Below are positions 45,933 through 53,551 of a stretch of DNA of 53,551 bases, in pieces. The notes beneath the pieces are model-generated. The model worked only from the letters and a program-made list of their open reading frames with translations. It was not told where the DNA came from and did no database searches. Positions within the stretch are counted from its first letter, which is position 1. Every line of letters begins with the position of its first letter. The position numbers and the translations under genes were made by a program. Origin of the DNA: Thermotogota bacterium (GTDB lineage Bacteria; Thermotogota; Thermotogae; UBA12178); assembly GCA_021161835.1 (NCBI GenBank), contig JAGGZV010000003.1:1-53551 (forward strand), in the 5' to 3' direction.

Positions 45933-47029
45933 TGCCGGAGATAAGAGTGGTGAACTTCTGTAAATATTTTGGAAAGGTAAAGGCCGTCGATAACGTGAGC
46001 TTCGATGTGAAAGATGGAGAGTTCGTGGCCCTGCTGGGTCCATCGGGGTGCGGAAAGACCACCACTCTGCTCACACTGGCGGGAATATACAAACCCACAG
46101 CTGGCGAGATATATTTCGGCGACGAGCTGGTGAACGACGTGCCACCTAAATACAGAAGTGTGGGTATGGTTTTCCAGAATTATGCCCTTTATCCGCATAT
46201 GAACATATTCGAAAACATCGCGTTCCCGCTGAGGGCAAAGAAACTACCCAGGGATGAAATAGAAAAGAGGGTCAAGGAAGTGGCCAGGAAACTCATGATA
46301 GACCAGCTGCTCGATAGGAGGCCATCGCAGATTTCCGGAGGACAGCAACAACGTGTGGCGCTGGCACGTGCCCTTGTCAAGGAACCGGCGATATTGCTTT
46401 TCGATGAGCCGTTATCCAATCTCGACGCTAAATTACGCATGCTCATGCGAGCTGAAATCAAGCATCTTCAAAGCGAGCTTGGAATAACTTCCGTGTATGT
46501 TACTCACGACCAGGCTGAAGCCATGACCATGGCCTCCCGTATAGCGGTGTTCAGTATGGGTAAGCTCGTTCAGTATGGCACCCCTGATGATGTTTATGAT
46601 AGACCCAAGAACATGTTTGTGGCTGCGTTCATAGGTAATCCACCCATGAACTTCCTGGAAGGATTTACCGTTGTGGGCGATAATCAGAAACTCCATGCCA
46701 GACGTGGGAATATAAGGGTTGAATTGCCAAAAGAAGCACGTAACAGACTGGAAAACGCTCCCAGAGAAAACCTCGTTCTGGGTATAAGGCCAGAACACAT
46801 AAAAATACACTTCAAGGAAAAAGAAAATACTATTCCAGGTTTGGTGTACGTGCTCGAACCCCTGGGAAGAGACCTGATAGTGAATGTGAAACTGGAGGAT
46901 ACTGACGAGATCGTCAAAATATTTGCCGAGCCCGGTGTGGACTTCGAGGAGGGTCAAAAAGTGTACATGGAACCGTGGGTTGACAAAATCCATCTTTTCG
47001 ATCCCCAGACTGAGGAAACCTTGCTTTAG
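45932..47029 (+). CDS. CUT1 ABC ATPase (MalK-like)
   Basis: GPSGCGKTT, VFQNYALYPHM, ISGGQQQR, FDEPLSNLDAKLR, YVTHDQ, GIRPEH. Confidence 0.95.
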   Translation: MPEIRVVNFCKYFGKVKAVDNVSFDVKDGEFVALLGPSGCGKTTTLLTLAGIYKPTAGEIYFGDELVNDVPPKYRSVGMVFQNYALYPHMNIFENIAFPLRAKKLPRDEIEKRVKEVARKLMIDQLLDRRPSQISGGQQQRVALARALVKEPAILLFDEPLSNLDAKLRMLMRAEIKHLQSELGITSVYVTHDQAEAMTMASRIAVFSMGKLVQYGTPDDVYDRPKNMFVAAFIGNPPMNFLEGFTVVGDNQKLHARRGNIRVELPKEARNRLENAPRENLVLGIRPEHIKIHFKEKENTIPGLVYVLEPLGRDLIVNVKLEDTDEIVKIFAEPGVDFEEGQKVYMEPWVDKIHLFDPQTEETLL

Positions 47030-47043
47030 AGAGAAGGGATGGC

Positions 47044-47940
47044 ATGGCCTTGATAAAAGGTATAGGTGTGAACGTCGATACACGCAGGGTTAATGGGTCG
47101 ATGAAGAAACTGTGGGAGGAACTCAAATTTTTCCAATCTGTTGGATTCGATTATGTGGAAATTCCGCCGGCGGGTTTGGATGTCATAGTTAGGGGCAGGA
47201 TATTGGAAAAGAGACTTCAGAGGTTTAAGGATATCCTCTCCGATTTTGATTTCAGGTACACGATACATGCTCCCGATGTGATAAATCTTCGTCACAGGAC
47301 GAATCCTTTACACTACAAAGTTATGGAGGCCACAGTAAGACTTGCAGGGATGATAAATGCCGAAGTAGTTGTATATCACTGTGGAACCGTGGAACATTCT
47401 CTTGATCTCAGAGAGAAGACGCAGAAAGATGCGGAAGTCAAAGCTCTGAAGAGATTGGCGAAGTTAGCTGCGGAAAACAACACCGTTATAGGTGTGGAAA
47501 ATGTGGGACATTCCGCAGACGAGGTTCTGGAGGTTATAAAGAGAGTCAATCATCCAAATGTGCGAATGGTGCTCGATCTTGGTCATCTTTACATAGTTTC
47601 AACGTACAGAGGACTGGATTTCTATAGGCAGGTTAGTAGAGCGCTGGAATACACTGTGGAACTTCATGTGAGTGACAATTTCGCTGAATCTCCACAGACG
47701 TACCAGGATGTTCCGAACATCGAAAGCTTCCAGTTCGTGTATGGTATAGGAGACTTGCACCTACCATTGGGAGAAGGGGAAATGCCCTACACAAAATTGC
47801 TCAAGATGATAAGGGAATCTTCTTTCAACGGTATAGTCACCCTGGAGATAAACAGTATGGACCGATTCAAGGATGATTATGCCGATTCCCTGAATCTTTT
47901 GAGAAGAAGACTCATAGGCAGGAACGGGGGATTGAAATGA
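47044..47940 (+). CDS. Xylose-isomerase-like TIM-barrel sugar isomerase/epimerase
   Basis: GFDYVEI, TIHAP, VYHCG, GVEN, LDLGH, LHVSDN, DLHLPLGEG, TLE. Confidence 0.85.
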   Translation: MALIKGIGVNVDTRRVNGSMKKLWEELKFFQSVGFDYVEIPPAGLDVIVRGRILEKRLQRFKDILSDFDFRYTIHAPDVINLRHRTNPLHYKVMEATVRLAGMINAEVVVYHCGTVEHSLDLREKTQKDAEVKALKRLAKLAAENNTVIGVENVGHSADEVLEVIKRVNHPNVRMVLDLGHLYIVSTYRGLDFYRQVSRALEYTVELHVSDNFAESPQTYQDVPNIESFQFVYGIGDLHLPLGEGEMPYTKLLKMIRESSFNGIVTLEINSMDRFKDDYADSLNLLRRRLIGRNGGLK

Positions 47941-48767
47941 GAGTGGTGTTTCTTGGACACGTATCGAAAGATGTGAACATAACCAACGGTGAGGAGAAGA
48001 TCGTACCCGGTGGAGGAGTCATATACGGTGGAGCAACGGTGGTAGGGCTGGGTGAAGAGGCTGAGGTCTACACCAAATGTGCCAAGGAAGATGTGGAGCT
48101 CTTCACCTCCATCGTACCAAAGGTAAAATTCCACTTTCTTCCCAGTTCCACGTCTACCAGCATAGAGAATCTCTATCCTTCATCCAATCCAGATGACAGG
48201 GTAAGTCGCATGATAAGCCGTGCCGATCCCTTCACGGTGAGGGATCTCGTGTTCATAAACGAGACGGGTATAATCCACATCAACCCACTGTGGTATGGTG
48301 AGTTTCCGGATGAATTGATCGAGAAGGCGAGAAAAAAAGCGACGTTTCTCGCCGGAGATGCGCAGGGGTTTTTGAGACAGGTGGATGAAGATGGGAAGAT
48401 GGTTTACAGAGACTGGAGAAAAAAGGAAGAATACCTGTGTTTCTTTGATCTTTTCAAAGTGGATTCCAACGAGGCGCGGATAATGACAGGTAGCGATGAG
48501 CCGAAAGAGGCGACGAAGAAGATAGTCGAAATGGGTGTAAAAATGGTTTTGATGACACACAAAAATGGTGTGTGTGTGTACGATGGCAAGGATTTTTATG
48601 AGGCTGAGTTCGGTGAGTGGAAGCTGGAGGGGCGAACGGGCAGGGGCGACACATGCACAGCTGCTTTCTTGGTTGCCATGCATCGTTTCTCATTGCCGCA
48701 GGCGGTGAAATTCGCCGCTGAAGTGACCACAAGAAAAATGCAGTACCCCGGTCCTTACCGGGGATAA
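47937..48767 (+). CDS. PfkB/ribokinase-family kinase with PPi-dependent signature (myo-inositol 3-kinase-like)
   Basis: GHVSKD, PGGGV.Y, DAQGFLR, FKVD..EA, GRTGRGDT (Arg in place of the usual GAGD), KMQYPGP. Confidence 0.85.
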   Translation: MRVVFLGHVSKDVNITNGEEKIVPGGGVIYGGATVVGLGEEAEVYTKCAKEDVELFTSIVPKVKFHFLPSSTSTSIENLYPSSNPDDRVSRMISRADPFTVRDLVFINETGIIHINPLWYGEFPDELIEKARKKATFLAGDAQGFLRQVDEDGKMVYRDWRKKEEYLCFFDLFKVDSNEARIMTGSDEPKEATKKIVEMGVKMVLMTHKNGVCVYDGKDFYEAEFGEWKLEGRTGRGDTCTAAFLVAMHRFSLPQAVKFAAEVTTRKMQYPGPYRG

Positions 48768-48793
48768 AAAACCAATCGGGAGGTGTTAGCATA

Positions 48794-49783
48794 ATGAGAA
48801 GATGGCTCTTTGTGTTTTTTATAGTAATGATGGTGGGTGCTGTGTTTGCAGGTCGAGTCCTTCACATGTACACAGCGCTCGATAACAACGAATGGCCAAT
48901 CTATGTAAAGGCTTTCGAAAGGGCAACCGGTATCAAGGTGGATGTTGTGAGGATGTCCTCGGGGGAGGTTCTGGCGAGGGTCGAAGCCGAGCGTAAGCAT
49001 CCTCAGGCCAGCATATGGTTCGGTGGTCCCGCGGTGGACCAGATAGCTGCAAAGAAGAAAGGTCTCACTGAACCCTACAAAGCTCCAGGTGCATGGAGCA
49101 TACCACTTGCTTTTAAGGATCCCGAAGGCTACTGGATAGGTTTCTACCTTGGAGCCATAGGTTTCGCCAGCAACGCTGAGCAACTCAGGGAGCTTGGGGT
49201 TGAACCTCCAAGATCCTGGTACGATCTCCTGAAACCGGAATTCAAAGGCAGGATATCGCTGGCCTATCCCTACACTTCCGGTACAGCTTACACTGTGCTT
49301 GCCTCTCTGGTTGCATTGATGGGAGAGGATGAAGCATTTGCTTACTGGAAGAAGCTCCACAAGCAGATCCACCACTACAACAAATCTGGTTCTGCTTGTG
49401 TCACGCAGGTAGGGCTTGGTGAAATCACCGTGGGTATAGCTTTCGCACATGACATAATCAAGAAAGGCATAAGCAAGGGATATCCAGTGATCCTTACCTT
49501 CCCCAAAGAAGGAACTGGTTACGAAGTCGGGGCCATGTCCATCATAAAAGGTGGCCCTGAACCCGATCTCGCCAAGAAATTCATCGACTGGATGCTCACA
49601 AAAGAGGCACAGGATCTCATGAAGCAATGGTACAGAATACCCGTCAATCCAGAAGCGGAAGTGGCAAAAGGTGCGGTACGGTTGAGCGATGTGAAAGTCG
49701 TTCCAATGGATTTCGAATACTTCGGTAAAGAAAAAGACAGGTTGATAGAGAGGTGGAAGGAAGAGATCGAATACGGCGGGTGA
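48794..49783 (+). CDS. AfuA/FbpA-family ABC substrate-binding protein
   Basis: Signal peptide, MSSGEVLARV.AE...PQA..WFGG, P.SW.DLL.PEFKG, TSGTAY, AHD, PKEGTGYE. Confidence 0.85.
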   Translation: MRRWLFVFFIVMMVGAVFAGRVLHMYTALDNNEWPIYVKAFERATGIKVDVVRMSSGEVLARVEAERKHPQASIWFGGPAVDQIAAKKKGLTEPYKAPGAWSIPLAFKDPEGYWIGFYLGAIGFASNAEQLRELGVEPPRSWYDLLKPEFKGRISLAYPYTSGTAYTVLASLVALMGEDEAFAYWKKLHKQIHHYNKSGSACVTQVGLGEITVGIAFAHDIIKKGISKGYPVILTFPKEGTGYEVGAMSIIKGGPEPDLAKKFIDWMLTKEAQDLMKQWYRIPVNPEAEVAKGAVRLSDVKVVPMDFEYFGKEKDRLIERWKEEIEYGG

Positions 49784-49789
49784 TACACG

Positions 49790-49818
49790 CATCGGGAGCC
49801 CAGCGCGGGCTCCCGATG
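49790..49818 (+). other. 12-bp perfect stem-loop after the SBP gene, no U-tract
   Basis: CATCGGGAGCCC-agcgc-GGGCTCCCGATG. Confidence 0.8.
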
Positions 49819-49846
49819 ATTATTAAAAAAGTAGGAGGAATTCGAA

Positions 49847-51526
49847 ATGCAATACCAACTCAAACAGCTCAAACGAATATGGAATGAGCCCATTTTATTT
49901 GCTATGATAGTCGCCGTGTGGCTTCTTCTGGCGCTTTTCATTCTCTACCCCATAATCATGGTGGGTATAAAAAGCCTTCAGCCCGATGGAGAGAATTTCG
50001 GGCTGAAGGTCTACAAGATGTTGTTCACAAAGAAGTATTTCCGTGCTCCTCTATTCAACAGTTTGAAACTGGGTGCCAGTGTTGCAAGCGTTGGCGTCCT
50101 GGTAGCCTATATCTTTGCCTACGCTATAACCAGGGTTAACCTCCCTGGTAAGTCTTTTTATAGAACTATAGCTACTTTTCCCATAGTTTCTCCGCCATTC
50201 GTCATAGCACTGGCTGCGATACTTCTCTTTGGAAGAAACGGTGTTATAACCCACAAACTCTTCCATGACAGATTGAACATAGAAATATATGGTTTCTGGG
50301 GTCTTCTGATAGTTGAAACTCTTGCTTATTTTCCCACGGCCTTTTTAACGCTGGAAGGAATATTACAATCTATAGATCCCGCCCTTGAAGAAGCTTCGTT
50401 GAGTCTTGGATCCAGCAAATGGCGAACGTTCTGGCGGGTAACGTTTCCACTTTCCATGCCTGGTGTGCTGGCTGCATGGCTACTGGTTTTCTCTCAATCC
50501 ATGGCAGACTTTGGTAATCCTTTGATACTTTCAGGGAATTTCCATGTTTTGAGTGTGGCAGCGTATCTGGAAATAACGGGATCTTATCGTATACCTTATG
50601 GTGCAGGGTTGGCCATAATGCTTCTTGTTCCTACACTGGCTGCCTTTGCTGTCCAGAGATATTGGTTATCGAAGAGATCATACGTTACCATTACCGGAAA
50701 GCCTTCCGCCATGCGCCTTCTTGAGCCTCACATAGCTGTAAAAGCATTCTTCACCATCATCGTGTGGTTACTCATAGGAGCCATTTTCCTTTTTTATGGC
50801 ACGGTACTTTACGGCTCCTTCACCAAACTGTGGGGTGTGAACCATACACTGACACTCGACAACTACAGGTACGTTTTCGATATAGGCTTTGAATACCTGA
50901 AGGATACTTTGATACTTGCCTCTATAGCGACACCCATCTCGGGTGTTCTGGGAATACTGATAGCTTATCTTGTTTCCAGAAAGGAATTTCCATCGCGCAG
51001 GTTCATGGAGGCGACTTCTTTGCTCACCTTTGCCGTTCCCGGAACTGTAGTGGGTATAGGGTATCTGCTGGCTTTCAATCAGCAACCTTTGATGCTCACA
51101 GGAACGGCTCTCATAATAATTCTGGTTTTTGTTTTCAGGTATCTTCCTGTGGGAGTACAAAATGGCGTTGCGGCATTGTACCAGATAGATAAGTCCATAG
51201 AGGAAGCATCTATAGATTTGGGAGCCAGTAGCAATAAAACTTTCTGGAAGATAACGATGCCTCTTGTTACACCGGCGTTTTTCTCTGCTCTTTTCTACAC
51301 TTTCGTCAAGAGCATGACGGCTATAAGTGCTGTCATATTCGTGGTATCTGGGAGATGGCAGCTCATAACCATAGCTATACTCGGATCTGTTGAGAACAGT
51401 GATCTGGCCCAAGCGGCAGCATTCAGCTACGTTTTGATAGGAATAGTTATCTTGGCCATGTTCGGATTGAGATGGATAACCAACCTGTTCTCATATCAGG
51501 AAAGAGTCAGGAGGGCGATGGCATAA
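49847..51526 (+). CDS. AfuB/FbpB-family fused ABC permease
   Basis: Two EAA loops (LEEASLSLG, IEEASIDLGA), SPPFV, ADFGNP, YVTITGK. Confidence 0.9.
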   Translation: MQYQLKQLKRIWNEPILFAMIVAVWLLLALFILYPIIMVGIKSLQPDGENFGLKVYKMLFTKKYFRAPLFNSLKLGASVASVGVLVAYIFAYAITRVNLPGKSFYRTIATFPIVSPPFVIALAAILLFGRNGVITHKLFHDRLNIEIYGFWGLLIVETLAYFPTAFLTLEGILQSIDPALEEASLSLGSSKWRTFWRVTFPLSMPGVLAAWLLVFSQSMADFGNPLILSGNFHVLSVAAYLEITGSYRIPYGAGLAIMLLVPTLAAFAVQRYWLSKRSYVTITGKPSAMRLLEPHIAVKAFFTIIVWLLIGAIFLFYGTVLYGSFTKLWGVNHTLTLDNYRYVFDIGFEYLKDTLILASIATPISGVLGILIAYLVSRKEFPSRRFMEATSLLTFAVPGTVVGIGYLLAFNQQPLMLTGTALIIILVFVFRYLPVGVQNGVAALYQIDKSIEEASIDLGASSNKTFWKITMPLVTPAFFSALFYTFVKSMTAISAVIFVVSGRWQLITIAILGSVENSDLAQAAAFSYVLIGIVILAMFGLRWITNLFSYQERVRRAMA

Positions 51527-52623
51527 TGGAAAAGAACGAATACTACGTCGAAGTGAAGGACCTGGTTAAAGAGTTCAGGGATCCTTCAGGTTCCGCTGTG
51601 CTAGCAGTGGATGGTGTATCATTTGGTGTGCGTAAAGGAGAGATGGTCACTCTTCTGGGGCCGTCGGGGTGTGGAAAGACCACCACTTTACGACTCATAG
51701 GAGGATTCGAGATTCCCACAGCTGGAAGGGTTTACATAGATGGTGTCGATGTCACAGATTACCCACCCAACAGAAGACCTACAGGAATGGTTTTTCAGAG
51801 TTATGCTCTTTTTCCACATATGACAGTTTTCGATAATATTGCTTATGGGTTGAGAAACAAGCGGCTCTCGCAGTCCGAAGTGGAGAAAAAGGTCTATGAG
51901 ATACTCGAAATAGTGAACCTACATGGCCTTGAAAAACGCTATCCTGGACAGCTCTCCGGTGGTCAGCAGCAGAGAGTGGCGCTTGCCAGATCTCTCGTGG
52001 TCGAGCCCAAGGTGCTTCTTCTGGATGAGCCTCTATCCAATCTAGATGCCAAGTTGCGTGAGCAGATGAGAGTAGAGTTGAAGAAGATACAGAAGAAGAT
52101 AGGCATAACCGGCATATACGTCACACATGATCAACTCGAGGCCATGACATTATCTGATAGAGTCATAGTGATGAAGGATGGAAAGATCGTACAAATGGAC
52201 ACACCTGAAGCGCTCTATAGATTTCCTGCCAACAAGTTCGTGGCAAACTTCATAGGAAAGGCAAACTTCATAGAAGGTCGTATTTCATCCGTACAGGATA
52301 ACAGTTGTGAGGTCGTTCTTCCCAATGGTCGTAAAGCAAGAATTGAGCTTCGGGATGCCAGAAAATTTGGAGTGGACGAGTTGGTGTTGGTAGTAATGCG
52401 CCCGGAAGGCATAGAGTTCAGCGATTCTAAAGAAGGTTTGTTGGCTGGTGAAGTCATTACCCGCATATACACTGGTGCCATGTCTTCCTTCGAAGTGAAA
52501 GTGGAAGGTGAGATCTTCACAGTTGATGTACAGAATCCCAACTTCGACGAGCTTCCCGATGTCGGTGACAAAGTATGGCTCAGTGTTGACAGAAAGGCCA
52601 TAACGATAGTCAGAAGAGAGTGA
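51526..52623 (+). CDS. AfuC/PotA-family ABC ATPase
   Basis: GPSGCGKTT, VFQSYALFPHM, LSGGQQQR, LDEPLSNLDAKLR. ATG at 51526 overlaps the permease TAA. Confidence 0.93.
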   Translation: MEKNEYYVEVKDLVKEFRDPSGSAVLAVDGVSFGVRKGEMVTLLGPSGCGKTTTLRLIGGFEIPTAGRVYIDGVDVTDYPPNRRPTGMVFQSYALFPHMTVFDNIAYGLRNKRLSQSEVEKKVYEILEIVNLHGLEKRYPGQLSGGQQQRVALARSLVVEPKVLLLDEPLSNLDAKLREQMRVELKKIQKKIGITGIYVTHDQLEAMTLSDRVIVMKDGKIVQMDTPEALYRFPANKFVANFIGKANFIEGRISSVQDNSCEVVLPNGRKARIELRDARKFGVDELVLVVMRPEGIEFSDSKEGLLAGEVITRIYTGAMSSFEVKVEGEIFTVDVQNPNFDELPDVGDKVWLSVDRKAITIVRRE

Positions 52624-52639
52624 AATCCTTTGACTCTGG

Positions 52640-52670
52640 AAAGATCCCCTTTTGGCGGGGGATCTTTTTT
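52640..52670 (+). terminator. Intrinsic terminator ending the inositol operon
   Basis: AAAGATCCCCT-tttggc-GGGGGATCTTT followed by a T-run. Confidence 0.88.
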
Positions 52671-52737
52671 ATTTATTTTTGCCAACGGATATGGTAGAGT
52701 TGTATCGAAAAAATATGATACGAAATGAAAAGAGGTG

Positions 52738-53367
52738 ATGAAAATACGGATTAAAAGTGTGAAGATTGAGAACATTGAAGATCTTTTGCAGCTGTGCATC
52801 CCACCTGAAAGAAAAGATGATCCCCTGTTCATCGAAGGGATAAATGCGAAGAGAGAGTGAACATGCAGGATGCTTGAAAAAGGCGAGCTTTTTGCCAAAA
52901 TAGCCTATATTGATGGACGACCGTGGGTTTGATTCAGTACACCGTGAAGCCCGACGAAAAAGTTATGGAGATCATGTGCATATTTGTACCCAACGAAGAA
53001 GACACCAGGAAGGGCATAGGGAAGGCTCTTTTAAATTCCCTATTTTCCTTACTACCCCATCGAAGAAGGCTTTGTGTACCGGCCCAGGATGGTGGGATGC
53101 ACACCGCAGGAGGAAGATAAGGGAAGAGCCCTCATATTCTATGACCCTTCCTGTCCATTCTGCATTTACTTTTCCGAAAGGATAAAGGAAATGGTGAAAG
53201 AAGTTGCTCCAGACATCGAGATAAGGATGATAAACCAGTTTGAAGAAAGCGAAGAGGTCAAGAAACGTGGTGAAGTTCCTTTCTGCGTGGTGAACGGTGT
53301 ACCCATATACTCCTCTTTCGGTGACCGAAAACGCTTTCAGGAGGACGTGAAAAAGGCTCTTGGTTGA
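52738..53367 (+). pseudogene. Disrupted GNAT acetyltransferase with thioredoxin-like (YoaP-like) C-terminus
   Basis: MKIRIKSVKIENIEDLLQLCIP...AKRE*(52858)...KIAYIDGRP / frameshift / VGLIQY...IMCIFV...RKGIGKALL / frameshift(s) / QEEDKGRALIFYDPSCPFC...VVNGVPI. Confidence 0.8.
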
Positions 53368-53551
53368 GGCATATTTTCGTCTTACCTTTAAATACTAGCA
53401 TTCCACCATAGAATTCAGATAATGATCCGAACGAGGAAGCATCCTGTACCTGAAGATGGATTTCATGTATGTAATCGGACCATTGTGTTCCCCTCGATTC
53501 ACAGGAGAGGTATTGAACCTATTCCTTTTTTATGCTAAACTTAAAAGTGAA

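Noticed and set aside
52858-52860. In-frame TGA as selenocysteine or programmed readthrough
   Set aside because: The context suggests a Trp codon mutated to stop, further frameshifts follow, and no convincing SECIS-like hairpin was seen.
53368-53551. Possible gene fragment at the window end
   Set aside because: No long ORF or recognisable motif was found in this stretch.

Overview
Bacterial chromosome window, most likely Thermotogota: IolM, IolN and UxaE closely resemble the Thermotoga proteins as I recall them. (1) 1-4.4 kb is an accessory-looking block. It holds a 5'-truncated PEGA-domain protein ending in seven 174-bp repeats with hypervariable positions, an AAA-ATPase/PD-(D/E)XK nuclease gene, a decayed HTH/transposase-like remnant, and tRNA-Gly(CCC) and tRNA-Thr(GGT). 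(2) 4.4-14.6 kb is a minus-strand run: degenerate NTase-like ORF, secreted GH13 amylase, glycosyltransferase, pyrK, pyrD, FliK-like and FlhB-like pair, CPBP protease, tmcAL. (3) 14.9-22.2 kb is a plus-strand operon: LonC-type protease, hflKC, divergent SufC/SufB (SMS-like) pair, ispG and an internally deleted ThiF, converging on a FabX/NMO-like gene. (4) 23.3-26.8 kb is a ROK regulator with a perfect operator palindrome, an atypical ROK kinase and a PIG-L deacetylase. (5) 26.8-52.6 kb is a 26-kb divergent inositol-catabolism locus. Its upper arm has iolM, a Gfo/Idh dehydrogenase, iolN, three different ABC importers, a TIM-barrel epimerase and a PPi-type PfkB kinase. Its lower arm has a DeoR regulator, uxaE, a uxuB-like SDR, gnd, a LarA-family epimerase, a PPi-type PfkA, a HAD hydrolase and transketolase, with no recognisable gluconokinase, iolO or transaldolase. 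(6) A decayed GNAT/YoaP-like pseudogene lies at the right end. The best novelty candidates are the kinase-gap/PPi-driven lower inositol pathway and the hypervariable beta-propeller. All family calls come from motif recognition by eye; no database searches were run.
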